A stretch of DNA of 64,000 nucleotides from Chrysomallon squamiferum (Eukaryota; Animalia; Mollusca): positions 16,120,001-16,184,000 of the forward strand of contig CM022668.1 in NCBI GenBank assembly GCA_012295275.1, in the 5' to 3' direction. Within the stretch, counting starts at the first letter, position 1. Each line of letters starts with the position of its first letter. Positions 38,968-53,055 of this stretch are shown here, in pieces. Position numbers and translations under genes: made by a program. Below the pieces are notes generated by a model. It saw only the letters and a program-made list of their open reading frames with translations. It made no database searches and had not been told where the DNA came from.

Positions 38968-40942
38968 TTAATACTGCACTTGTAGTATAGATGGTGGACG
39001 GTTGCGCATCTGCACTGTTGGCATGCCTGGTTTGCGTTTAAATGCTGGTTGCGGTTGACTCATGGCTGACTCGTAGGTTTTCTGAAACAACCAGTAATAC
39101 CTGCGTGACTCTACTGATTTCAAAATAACATTGCGTTTATGAAATAATTGGTTACATTGGCTACTAGTTACCGTTTATGAATTTAGTACAATTTTCTTCT
39201 TTTTTTTTTTTTTACATTAAAAAAATTAATATATAACTGATTGATCCTGTTGAAAAACATAAGTTTGTAAATCTTAAATTACTTGAACAAAAGGCAAATT
39301 TAAATTAATAGTTAATGAATGATTTTTTTAAATTTAAATTTAAATTGAAATAATTGAAAGTAAATTGGTCACAACTTTGTGTTTGTTTATTTAGTTTGTT
39401 CTTACAGAAAACTGGAGAGAAATGTAATGTTTGTGTAATTTTGGTTATGATAGAAAACAGATCAGAATTTCATGCTGTATTTTTGACTGTGTAGTTTTGT
39501 TTATTTTCTCGCAGTTACCCGTCTGTGTGTTCTCATCTGAGCATTGTAGAAGGCTGCAGAGTCAGGGTTGTTCATTAACAAGTCCATCTGTAGATGATCA
39601 AACTTCTCCTGCTCGTCCTGGGGCTGCAAATAAACCAACACTGACTCAACACAACACACCTCCGTATCGCACAGGGTAAATACACAAAATAATATTTATG
39701 AATAACGAAGTCTTTTCATATCCTAAGCTACAATATTTTCTCATATTCAGACTTTTAAGAAATTATTTTTACACAGTATTTTACACATTTGGTATTAAAC
39801 TGCAGTACAGAAAAGACATTCTAAATTAATTTTAAAAAAAGAAAGAAAAGAAGTTTGACAGTAACACTGAACTAAAACAACAGGTAAGAAACGTTGAGAC
39901 ATGTTAAAATAACAAACGTACGATGTTGTTGGGGTTAAATGGAATAATGCTTCCTAGAATCTGTCCATATCCTGCTCTCTGACTGCTCTGCGGTTCATCT
40001 GTCTGTCCAACGAAACTCTCTGTGTACCAGTGATCAAACTCTGCAATACACAACAATACACAGAGTATTACATACTGTACTTATAAAATAAAATAAGAAA
40101 ATAATAATGTACCAGTGATCAAACTCTGCAATACACAACAATACACAGAGTATTACTTACTGTACTTATAAAATAAAATAAGAAAATAACAATGTACCAG
40201 TGATCAAACTCTGCAATACACAACAATATACAGAGTATTACTTACTGTACTTATAAAATAAAATAAGAAAATAATAATGTACCAGTGATCAAACTCTGCA
40301 ATACACAACAATACACAGAGTATTACTACTGTACTTATAAAATAAAATAAAAAATAACAATGTACCAGTGATCAAACTCTGCAATACACAACAATACACA
40401 GAGTATTACTTACTGTACTTATAAAATAAAATAAGAAAATAATAATGTACCAGTGATCAAACTCTGCAATACACAAGATCATTATTTATCACACAAATAA
40501 AAACATGAGAAAATGATTAAGACTACTTTATAACCGTGTAATATTTAAGAGAATAATTCTGCGATGTCTGAGATTGAAGAATATCTGTGCCTATAAGTAA
40601 CCAAAGAGTAGATAATTTGTGATATCTATAGAGTCAGGGGAACCTAGAATGGTGGAATGTTTGTGTTTTTCTATTCCAGATGGTGGAATAGAGAAAAAGA
40701 AGTAAACAAAATGAAAGTACCTTGAATTAATTTCTGTCGACACTGGTCTACAAGTTTCTGGCAGTACTGCACTTCAGCTTTCAGGTTTCTCAGCTCATCG
40801 TAACTGTTTCGATACTGCTGTTTTAGATTCTTCAGATTCTGAATCTCAGTGAACTCAGCCTCTGTGATAATGGTGTCACCATCTTCATTGTAATGAAGTC
40901 CTGCAATTAGAAACAGAACCAGAAACTTCAAAAACAGAATTG

Positions 40943-40974
<32 letters not shown>

Positions 40975-42111
40975 TGTTGCAGTAATGAAGATTTTCAAAA
41001 CGAGAGTTTTTTTGGTAGTTTTTAGACTTAGTAATAAATATGTCTAAAATTAGAGACTTTTGGATAATGGTGTCATTGACTTTGTAATAAATATGTGTTT
41101 TAATTATTATTTTTCTGGATAATGGTGTCATGTGTGTTCATTGTGTGTATGTATGTGTGTGTGTGTGTGTGTGTGTATGTGTGTGTATGTATGTGTGTGT
41201 ATGTATGTGTGTGTATGTATGTGTGTGTATGTATGTGTGTATATGTATGTGTGTATATGTATGTGTGTGTATGTATGTGTGTGTATGTATGTGTGTATAT
41301 GTATGTGTGTGTGTATATGTGTGTGTTTGTGTGTGCATGTGTGTAAATGTGTGTGCATATCAGCATGTGTCTGTCTGTGTGTTTGTGTGTCTTCTTTTAA
41401 GGCAAAAAAAGTGTAACAATCTTATGTGATAAACATTTCTTTTTTAAAATGAGTTATAATATTATAAGATGTGACACTTGTTACTTGCTGCATTGTGGAC
41501 AAGCAGTCTGTTTTAACTGCCTGTGTAAAACTGTTTAAATTGTGTTTTTGTTTCCCTACCACTAGCTTCTCTGTCAGCCTTCAGTTCTTCAAGTTTATCC
41601 TTAGATGCATCGATCTCAATTTTGATATTGTTAATCTGCCGAGCCAAATCAGCATATGCTTTCTTTTTACTTGCCAAAATCTCTGTAAATAAAGGATAAA
41701 AATGTTTTAAACTAAATTAAATATAAAATTTAAAAAAAAAAAAAAAAAAAAAATTAGAAAAAGAGAAAGCATTAGTAAATAATATAAATCAAAATTCTTT
41801 CTTCTTCCAAAAACCCCCAAAACAAACATAATAATAATAAAAATAATTTATGTTTTTCTTTCTAAAAAACACCAATCATAATAATAATTCTTTTTAATTT
41901 TAAAAAAAGTTTTATAGTGATAAACCAATAAAACAAACCTTTATTTTCAAGCAGAATTCTGTTGATTTCTGAGCCTTTTTCTTGTTTGAATTCTTCAAAT
42001 GCTGCTGTTCTGCTTGGAGGTGTGCTAAAAAATCAAATTCAAAATAAAGTAATACTATATCCTGAGATTTTAATTAAAACAATCACACACACACTCAAAC
42101 CTACACCTAGA

Positions 42112-42198
<87 letters not shown>

Positions 42199-42938
42199 AA
42201 ACCTACACCTACACACACACACATACACACAAACTCAAACCCACACCTACACACACACACACACACACTCAAACCCTCACCTACACACACATACACACAA
42301 ACTCAAACCCACACCTACACACACACACACACACACAAACTCAAACCCACACACACACACACACACTCAAACCTACACATACACACAAACTCAAACCCAC
42401 ACACACACACACACAAACTCAAACCTACACCTACACACACACACACACACACTCAAACCTACACCTACACACACACACATGCCCAGAAACTGGAACCTAC
42501 ACCTACACACACATACACACACACAACTGAAAACACCTACACACACACACACACACACTCTAAACCTACACCTACACAAACACAAACACACAAAACTCAA
42601 ACCCACACCGTCTAACTAAACCCACACCTGGGAATGGAGGTCTGGAACTGAAAAGCAGTTGGTCTAACTAACCTGGGTCTCTGCAGTTTTTCCACTCGGG
42701 CGAGAACTCCAGCTGAACTGACCGATGACGCTGACCCTTCCAGGTCCTTCTCGTCGCGGCGGTCTCGGTCAAACGACGTGTGGGGGGACTTGCCCTCACG
42801 TTCACCTTTGACACTGTCCGAGGGACTTGAGCTCAGCTTGATGCCTTGCAGTGGACTGGAAAAGAGAACCATTTTAATTTCATTCAGCACAGTAACACAC
42901 TGATTCTGTGACGTCTTATAATGTATTTATCTCTCACA

Positions 42939-42990
<52 letters not shown>

Positions 42991-44574
42991 GTATATACTG
43001 TCTCCATGTCCTAAAAATAATTCCAATAACTTGATTTTAGAAACTCTACCAGTTTAAGACAAACCTAATTGAAATGATTACTAATTAATAATATAATTGT
43101 TGGAATGAATGAATGAATATCTGTTTAATGACATAATTTTTTATAAATCTTGAAACAGGTAAAGTAAAATTTAAAACAATGATACAATATAGAATGAAGG
43201 AAATCTTACAGCAATTACTCTGTTCTTAGTAATTTTAAAAAAAAAAAGAAAAGAAGACATTTCATGTGCACACACCACTGGTTATATATATATTTTTTTA
43301 ATTGCAAAACAATGTCATTAAAAGACATTAAAAAAAAAAAAAGAAGAAACCTTTCAATAATAAATAAATTTAATATTAATATTTCTAATATTTGGAAATC
43401 TTTTGTTTTTAAATCTCACCTCTGGGCCATGGTGCGAGAACTTCTCTTCCTTTCTTTCTCTCGCTCCTTTTTCTTCAGCTGCACCACAGCTGATGCCTCA
43501 GCCTTTATAGACTTTGGTGCTGTTCCCACCCCAAAGCCTGACCCATCAGACTCTCCCACAAGAGATCCATCGTCAGCGATACTGAGACCCGCCTGAAGTG
43601 ACCAAACAATGAACTGAACAACAGGTAAGATATTTACACTACTAAAACAGTAAGTTGTAGTAACACAATCTGTAGATAGCTTTGTTAATACAATATGCAC
43701 ATTACTTAAAGGGTATTTTTGGTGGTGATGTTTAAAGAGATTATATATGTGTATTTTGGATATTATTGTTTCAGTTGTTACTGGCAACCAATCTTTAGTA
43801 ATGAAAAAAAGTTATGACTCCAGAATAACAAAATAGTAAGAATTCCTGTAAAAGGATATTTATCATTTTATCATGGTATCATTTTAAAAAAATGTTTTAT
43901 GTAGAATGTAAAAAAAAAAATGCATATAAAGACTGATTAAATGATTGTAAAGTGAACATATGCTCAGTCTGTTAGGGATTTTTTTACACTGCTGTGTATG
44001 ATAAAGAAAACTGCAATACCTGTTGTGCTGCTGCTATAGCTGCTGAGTCAGATTTGTCAATCAGTGTAAACTTCTGTCGCAATTTCTCCTCTACTGTCTG
44101 CTCCATTTGCCTGTCCAAAAATAATTTTAAAAATAATTATATAAATATATAACACACACACACACACACACACACACATTAATAATATAATCATTATCTG
44201 AACTAATGAAAACACATCTCTTTGTCATTATTACAAATATATTCTTGTGCTGTAACAAAACATAACATTACTGCTGGTTCGGTGTTTTAAATACTATTCC
44301 ACTTTTTATTTTATTTCAGAATCTTTACTGATCCTAGTTTAACAGTGTGTTATTGTCTGACTGCTGCATGAACCAGTGATATTCAAATCTGTGTAGAACA
44401 ACCCGTAAGAAAAATGCACAATTTGTAATCATGTTGTAAAATTAAAACAATAAAACAAAGTTATCACTATCTGATATTAACAGAATCAAGAGAACCGTTT
44501 AATAAACACACACACACACACACTTACACACACACACACACACACATACATACATACATACATGCACGCACAAA

Positions 44575-44613
<39 letters not shown>

Positions 44614-45126
44614 GTATATATGAAAGGTATATTAACTGGCTTGAGTTATTATTTACAAAATAAACTATTATGAAGATTATAAAGACAGTTATGAATAGTT
44701 GACAACAATACTCACATATAAACTTCCTTAAATGCCTCGTATGTGCCCTGTATTTGTCGTAGGTTCACAATCTGTGGGGAAAACAAAAAGAAATAAAATT
44801 CTTTCATCAACAAAATATATCAGTTTTAATTTTATTTAGCATACATTTATTTTAATCTGTGTTATAATTCTGGTTCTGTACAAACAATATTTTGAGAAAT
44901 AAATTACATCAATTTCTTCGAGGATCCCATCGAGATATTTTCTAACTTGTTGTTTTATTTCGTATTTCTGCTGTTCAGAGAGTGGCTCATAGACTATCTG
45001 ACTTCTGTTAGTCTGAAATAAATAAATAAATGAATAAATGAAAGAATGAATGAATGAATGAATGAATGAATAAGTACTTTAATAAATATCTCAGTAAATT
45101 AATTAATACCTGAATAAACAGGCAAA

Positions 45127-45165
<39 letters not shown>

Positions 45166-46468
45166 AGAATGAATAAATGAAATATTGAACAAATGAATGA
45201 ATTAGTAAATAAATCAGTATCTAATTATCTAAATAAATAGGTATATAAATGAATAAATAAATAAATATATAGCTATATACATACATACAGTATTATTAGA
45301 AAAATAAAGGAGAAAATAAATTTTTCTTTTTCACTTACTAGGGTGTCATGCATAGCTAGTTCTTGTTTTAAATGGGCTATTTCTTTCTGGAGTTTCTTCA
45401 CAAGAATCTGAAAAAAGAAAAAGGAATGACAGACTGTAGAGAGAACTTCAAATGGTGTTAACAGAAATAACAAATCTCAAACATATATAAAGCTTTGCAT
45501 GAATGTTACAATTTTTCAGTTGTGTTACGAACATTATTAATAGTGAGTTGTTACGAGTTATATATTTTCTTCAAGTATAAAATATGATGAAATAATTGAT
45601 TTCAGTATTATAATTAATTATATGATTTACAGTTCTCATACAGATGAAATTAATGATGATTTCATTGTTTAATTATATTATGCACAGTTCTGATGTGGAT
45701 ATTATAATTAATTATATGATGCATAGTTCTCATACAGATATTATAATTAATTATATGAGGCACAGTTCTGATGTGGATGTTATGTAAATGAAGTCATCTG
45801 TGTAGATGATGTTATGTAAATGAAGTTGTCTGTGTAGAGGATGTTATGTAAATGAAGTTGTCTGTGTAGATGATGTTATGTAAATGAAGTTGTCTGTGTA
45901 GATGATGTTATGTAAATGAAGTTGTCTGTGTAGATGATGTTAAGAAATATTTTAGAAAGTTACCGCTGGGTCATACACTTCATTGACTGCGGGTTCGCAA
46001 GCCAGACACATCATGCGTGTTGCAAATCTGAGAGTCGAGACCTAACAAAACAGAAACGTGCAATAATAAACAAAATACGTTTAATATCAAATAATCACAA
46101 AATTAAAACGTTTTGTGTTCAGAATTAAAACTCTTGAGATGTGTTACATCCTTTAAGTGATGAAAAAATTAATCATAAAAAAAGATTTTATAACAATCTG
46201 TCAATTATTTTCTTAAAACATTTTCCAAATATATCTATGACATGAATAACATCTTAACAAAACAGGAGAAAAAAGTTGATTTTCGTAATCTGTTGTTTAT
46301 TATTCTTTACCATTAGCAAAGATTATCAGTAATTTATAACACTGTAAATTGGAAATATATAAAAATATACCGAGATCAATGAAAACTAGAATTATATTTA
46401 AATATATTTAAAAGTGCTAATGACTGTTCTTACTTCATTAAATTTATCTACTTTTTAAATTCATCCTT

Positions 46469-46505
<37 letters not shown>

Positions 46506-48086
46506 AAAAATAAAACCCAAACACCCCAGAACAATAAAAACAAAGTCACGAACTGTTTCTTCGAGCTGACTGGCTTCTGCCCACATGTTGGCTACGAGCA
46601 GAGTGTTGCACATTCCCCCGATGGAGTCTTTCAGGTAGTGAGTGAGTTTTGACTGGCGGAAGGGGATGTGTTCGCGGTGCCTGTTGGAGAGAGCTATGAT
46701 GACCTGCTCCAGAAAACTCAGCGACTTGTTGATGTACATAGCCTCAGTCTGCGTCTTTCCTTCAGACTGAAAACAAGGATGATATTCTGAATTTCTTAAA
46801 CTTACATCTTTTGATTAAAACAAAAACAAAAAAAAAAAATTCTTTGCCAATACAAAAGTATTTATAAAGTTTAAAATTAAGAAGTGGGCAGCTCCATTAA
46901 TTTATCAAACAAAGCAGTGAGTTTACTCCTTCAGTCTGACTTGTTCCTTCAGAATAAAAACAAAACAAAAAGCAAAGAGAATATATTTTTTTAGAAAGTT
47001 TAACCCTGATGATGAACTGAGAAGTATTCTTATGAAAATGTATAACACAAAAATAAAACTAATTGAAAACCAGAAATAAGATAAGAGAAAATAACTAGAC
47101 ATTGGGTTGTAACGTATTTCAATTAAAAAAATAAAACAATTACAATGTTTACATTTTGTATCTCACAATGGTCGTTTCTGTTATTTACCCAACAACAAAA
47201 TATTTTGAAAAGGACAAGATAACAAGAACCATATAATCAAAATTTTACTATACCTTTGTCTTTCCAATTCTTTCTGATCCAGCTAAGTCGACAAAGTTAA
47301 GTTTGGAGACAGTGTATCTGGCATTCGACTGAACCCTGGATCGAGACTACAATAACAAAACAAAAAAATAAATAGAAATACAAGTCTGTTAACAAAACAT
47401 AATATAAATACATTAGCAGATGTACTAAGTTTTCAAGAATATTGTGAGTAATAGAAGTACTGAACGCAGGTCTGAGACTAAAATAACAACAAAAAAGTTC
47501 TGATATTAAATCATGATAATCTACATACATTAGAACACACATTAATTTTTCATATATAAATTACGACTTTCTATGAATTATATATTTTCTTCCTGTATTA
47601 CTTATGTAGCATATTCCTTATTCCACATTTTTTTAATCATTTTTAATCATTTAAATAATTTTTTAAAAATCTGCAAAACTGTTTTAAGCAAATTTGTTTA
47701 AAAACATGTCTTAAAAAACAAAAAAAATTTTTTTCATTATCCAATTTAACTATGTAATAAACATAATTATAAGAATTTTTCTGATTCCACATTTATATAT
47801 TTAAAACATTTTTGCACTATCAACACAAATCATTTTAATGAAAACTGAGACAATGAAAGTTACTCAACACAAATCATTTTAGGAAAGCTTAAACTTCAGA
47901 TTGTTATTTTTTTTTTTTATTTTTGTAATATTACATTTAACATTTTACACCCTGCTGTTCTGAAGAAAAAGTATGAAGAATGGAGATAAATTTACCTCAA
48001 TGTAGACAGTAAAGATGCAGTGAGAACGAGATGACATCTGGTTCAGTGAATGTGCTGCTATGGCCCGGTTAGTTTCACCCTAGGAA

Positions 48087-48152
<66 letters not shown>

Positions 48153-48988
48153 TAATAATAATAATAATAATAAAATAATAAAATAATAATAATAAAAAAA
48201 ACCAAAAAACTTTACTATCAAAACATTTTTATGGAGACTTCTATAGAAACATCATTTTGAGTCCAGCTAATTATTTTACAGTTATACTTTATTATTAGCA
48301 AAGAATGATAGCTAAAGTTAACAGGCCAATGATTAGTCACATTTAATTTTAATTAAGGCTATTTATCCCACAAAAAAAAAAGGTAAATTTATGTGACCAT
48401 GGTATTGTCTGGTAAACTTAGTAACTGTTTTTGCCCAGGCCATTTTTAAATCAACACAACATCTTGGAACTGAGACATAAATCTATATAAAATAAACATT
48501 AACTTAACTGTGTAATAAGGCTGTCTAACTATAATGACTTTCAGTGTTGCAGGCTGGGTATAGAACAAACGAAGATGCCTAGAGTACAAAGGGTTAAAGG
48601 AATTCGGAACAACTCACCTCAAAGAGTAGGTTGAGAGCCTCCTCTTCATTCTGGGCGAGGTGACAGGACAAACCTTTGACGTAAATACCATCCTGATTTT
48701 CAACCACCACCATGTTCTCTGCTGACGTCTGACTCCAAGATTCGGGTAACGTCGCCAGCAAATCAAACATCGATTCATTGTAGATTTCCAAGTACGAGAT
48801 CCTTAAAAGATAAAAATAAAAAATAAAAAATAGAGTAAAGAATGCAATAATAATGGTCTGCTTTTCATTTACATAAATGAAACCTATCAGTGAAACCAAT
48901 TTCATAAATGTTAAGAAAAAAGAAAAAAGGACCATAATAAAAATTAAAAAAAAGTGATAATAATAATAACAACAACAACAACACCACC

Positions 48989-49048
<60 letters not shown>

Positions 49049-49119
49049 ACAATTAATAATAATAATAATAATATAAATAAATAAATAATAATAATAATAA
49101 TAATAATACAAATAATACA

Positions 49120-49192
<73 letters not shown>

Positions 49193-49628
49193 CTTAATTT
49201 CATCTGCATTATTTCACCAGGTCTAAAGAACTAGTTAACTATTCAGACACAGGTGTGCTGTTAAATCTTAATTACCTTGTACATGCTATACTTTTCTAAA
49301 CGAATATAATTTTACCTAACAGGCTAGTATTTTAACTACAAAACTCAAGTCTGACCTTTGTGTCAAAACACGGAATTTGCTAAGATTTTAATTACGAAGG
49401 TAATTCTGTAAATACCTGACTGTGATGGCCATTTCTGGTCGGTCATCAATTTCTTTGAAGAGTTTGGACAAGCCGCGAGGAATGAGTCCCACGATGCTGG
49501 TAACTCTCAGTGGCACCTGTCATAGTAAATGTTTTACCTGCTCCCGTCTGGCCATAACACATCAGTGTACCTGGAAAATTTCAGCAAAATAAAAAGTAAA
49601 ATAAAATAAACTAAAACAACAAAATATG

Positions 49629-49684
<56 letters not shown>

Positions 49685-50467
49685 AAAACGAACATATGTA
49701 AATTTAAGGTATTTGTATGAATGTGTGGGTGTTTTATTTATGAAATTATATATTATTTTAAAAAATAAATGTGAAGTTAATAAATAATAAATGTGTGTAT
49801 ACATGTTTATCAAAAGTTATAATAATCACTGATAATAGCTGCATTTCTGGTTTATCAGAATTTTTTTTTTTTTTTTTTTTTTGTATCAACTTCACTTACC
49901 ATTATAGCCATCAAGAGCTCCGGTAACAATATCAGCAGCGACTGTGTCAAAAACTTCATCCTGGCTGGCGTTGTGGAATATTCCATCTAACTTAAAGGAC
50001 CAGTCGACAATCTGGTTGTTGACAACACCCTTTTTTGGATCGCGATATTGGTGAACATTTATGCTCTGTAAGTAATATTATTAATTAAAGAGTGAAATTA
50101 AGAAATGTCATTTAGGTTTATTTTAAGTAGGGAGTAGATCATTTACAAATAAATTATTTGTGTATTAAAAACTGCTTGCTATTTATACTATCATTAAATT
50201 TCATATCGTTAAATTGCATTAGGATGTTCCTGATTTGATATTTGTGGCTTTTAAAACAACCAGTTCCCAGTTTATACACAAGTTATTCAAATATAAAAAC
50301 TATCACATTTTGTTTAATATTTTTAAAATATTCATAGCAAAAGGACAATAAATGTGTCTTTTATCAAGAGTTTTATAAGTAAAGATGAGGCTGGAGAATA
50401 CACTACAATTTAGATTTGTGAATAATAATTACTGTCCTCCTTTTGGGTTCACAATTATTTCTTTGCA

Positions 50468-50498
<31 letters not shown>

Positions 50499-50810
50499 TA
50501 ATAATAATATGAAATAGTTCCATGGAGGTAAAAGACAATTAACAGGCCATTAAAACGCGTCTGTTGCATAAGTGTTAAAACTATACTTACATCCCATTAC
50601 AATCTCTTAAATTCCATAACAAAAAGGCAGTATCATAAACATAATAAACACAATAAATCTGTAATTATTGAAATCGTATAAAAAAAGCCTTAACATTTAA
50701 CAAACCTTTTTGTCTGGCAATAGTTCTAAATTATCATTGGCAAACTGTGCAGTTGGCCTCAGTCTCCCCCACACTTTAACCTTTTTATTTCTACTGGCAC
50801 TTCGACTCAT
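38968..50810 (-). CDS. KIF9: Kinesin-9 family motor KIF9, about 826 aa, 20 exons, with an apparent 1-nt insertion in exon 3
   Basis: Exons in transcript order: 50706-50810, 49900-50065, 49416-49570, 48618-48801, 47996-48079, 47254-47346, 46554-46766, 45964-46041, 45339-45407, 44908-45012, 44716-44771, 44020-44110, 43420-43592, 42673-42855, 41939-42024, 41560-41682, 40721-40900, 39922-40040, 39519-39623, 38968-39081. Motor motifs: P-loop [16 protein letters not shown], switch I SSRSH, switch [21 protein letters not shown]9-like segments include [16 protein letters not shown] and tail [22 protein letters not shown]. Confidence 0.9.
40022..40476 (-). repeat. About 85-bp tandem repeat (over 5 units) duplicating the KIF9 exon-18 acceptor and first 18 nt
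   Basis: Unit starts (gtaccagtgatcaaactctgcaatacac) at 40024, 40109, 40194, 40279, 40362 and 40447 are near-identical. Confidence 0.92.
42080..42615. repeat. Compound (CA)n / (ctcaaacc[t/c]acacctaca) satellite in a KIF9 intron
   Basis: CA runs are interrupted by a recurrent CTCAAACC motif. Confidence 0.85.
45605..45942. repeat. Two abutting minisatellites (about 39-bp and about 32-bp units) next to the KIF9 exon-8 donor
   Basis: (attataattaattatatgatgcacagttct...)n is followed by about 5 copies of gatgatgttatgtaaatgaagttgtctgtgta. Confidence 0.85.
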
Positions 50811-50859
50811 TGTTGTTGAAAAAAAACAAAAGTGTATAAAATTAACGTAATCAGTGCGT

Positions 50860-50960
50860 CAAAATCATCGACGAGCTGCCATTTTTGTTTATGGCGTTGT
50901 CATGAATACTAAGCATGCGCGAAAACTTTGTACTTCCGGTTAAATGTAAAAACGGGAACT
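50860..50960. promoter_or_regulatory. KIF9 proximal promoter with YY1-like, RFX X-box-like, NRF1-like and ETS-like motifs
   Basis: CpG-rich patch 50-150 nt upstream of the ATG containing GCCATTTT, GTTGTCATGAATAC (imperfect X-box), GCATGCGC and ACTTCCGG. These are motif matches only. Confidence 0.45.
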
Positions 50961-51323
50961 TTCTACTCAAACGATTTAGAATTACAGAAATCAGTGGACT
51001 GAAAATATTATAATAAGTAAAGATTTATCATAAAAGATTAACTATCATTATTACACTTATGACGATTGTTTTAGAGTCCTATCATTAAGTATATTTATTA
51101 CACATTAACTTCTAGTCTTAAAAAAAGTTATATATAATATTTAATATCGCCCACAGTGTGTCGTCTGCATTTTATTTTCTGAATTACTGCAGTGGTTTTG
51201 TATGATACAAATCTGACAGAATTATATTTCTTTATATTGTTCAATCTGAAACGAATATATTAAATCATTATCAACGAAACGTTAACTTGAAAACAGCTGG
51301 TAGTAAAGGTATCTCAAATAACG

Positions 51324-53055
51324 ATGGCGGAAGGGATGTTTGATGTTTCTACTGAATTATACGAGTGTTAGCTTGACGGTCAAAATTCACACATCAGTAT
51401 CTGAATAAAGAGTGGGAAAAACAAATAAAAAACATTTGTTAAAAATTTAAAAAAAAAAAAAAATCAATCAGTTGCTTAATCATTAAGCAATTAATAGAAT
51501 ATTTATAAATGTTAATGTCAAAATTATTGATGTAATTTTTGTATATGTCATTGCCATCAAAACTGTTCATTCTTTTTGAATAGCAATATGTATATGCATG
51601 AAAACAGGATGTAATCATCAGACGACAAGTGGTTTAGAAAAATATGTTCCAAACTATTACATACTTCAAGTTTGATGCTCCCGAAAAGAAGGTACAGGAT
51701 AAATGCAGAAAACGAAGCATGGCAGCTTACTATGTATGTAGTATAGTTTCTCTGTCAAATACGCAACAATTTATCGCTTTATCTCCATTATTAATATTGT
51801 AATTATGTCAGATCTAGTCGGTAAAGAAGTGGATGCAGGGGATATTGAAAAGTAAGTTTTTGCTAGAAGTATTTTAAAATTTAAGCAATTTAATAGAATA
51901 AAAAAAAAAATTAAAAGGACTGAGTGATACTGATACGTGATAAAGTACAGTAACAGATATATTTTATAAACAATAAGATTACTGAATAATATTTCATTGA
52001 CTGAAGAAACAACGGACTAGTGGAAAAAGGTAGGTACAACTTTAAGACTAACACTGGAACTGCATAACACAATGGCAATTATAACCACTGTTACATAACT
52101 CATAAACTGACACAAAATAATATTGACAGTTAATGTTATTAAGTACAATTATTTGTATTGCAGTAAACATATGTTTAAATAATTGTCAACAATAAACATA
52201 CTGTACTGATTAATAACAGTTATATTCATTAGTATGCATATATCAGTTCTACAGACTTTGTTAGCAGCTAGAAAACTGTTGGTTTTGATTTTGATTTTTT
52301 GAACAAACAAATTTAAAAGTCTTATATACATTTTACTTTCAAAAATGAAAAGTACTCATTTTATTTTATTTTATTTTATTTTATTTATTTATTTATTTAT
52401 TTATTTAATTTTTGTTATGATAATTTTGTGAAAGTACTTTTTGTTGGAAAATTTAAAAATTCTTCTAGAACAAGAAAAGATAACATAATTTAAAAGATGA
52501 TTTTTTTGTTTTGTTTTTGTGAATGTGTTTTTATGTCTATTTATATCAATTACACTGTTGTTGCTGAGTGTTACATGACATTGATTGTTTACTTATCCAT
52601 GCAGCATTTGATTGTTTACTTATCCATTTTGTATTTACAGCATTTGTCATTTATGTAAAAATATCTAGCATTATTTTTAACTTTAAGAAACAAATAAATA
52701 ATTTGTCTTAATTCATATTAATTGTCAGATTAATGAATATTAGTCAGACTTGTATTATATATATTTTTATTTATATTTGATGTTTTTATCAGTGTATTTT
52801 ATTGTAATTAAATAGGTTTCTACAAATCAGTATTACCAGTGGTGACATTAATTCATTGAAATTGTATGACTGTGAGTATTATGTTGATAACTTCTTTTTA
52901 ACTGTTTGTTTTTGACAGGTTATCAGCCTAGTATTTCAAAAATATGTTTTAAATATTTCAGCATAGAATAACACAAAACTGGTTCTCATCATAGGGATAT
53001 GACCCACTTGATAAGTAGATAATTTGCTTTTCTTTTTTTAATGATCAATAAAGTG
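51324..53055 (+). pseudogene. Possible spliced lncRNA or decayed gene divergent from KIF9
   Basis: Good-context ATGGCGG at 51324 with an early TAG. Exon-like segments lie at about 51584-51733, 51812-51851 (cag|..|gtaagt), 52007-52029 (|gtaggt) and from 52919 (gacag|), with AATAAA near 53048. There is no continuous ORF. Confidence 0.3.

Noticed and set aside
40022-40476. Regular repeat arrays (also 27985-28385 and 45775-45942) as CRISPR arrays
   Set aside because: The units are contiguous and near-identical with no unique spacers, the context is eukaryotic introns, and there are no cas genes.
41100-42615. ORFs rich in HT, CV, Y, I or SL (also about 22494-22911, 34807-35086, 48865-49209 and 61996-62564)
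   Set aside because: They are translations of di- and trinucleotide microsatellites.
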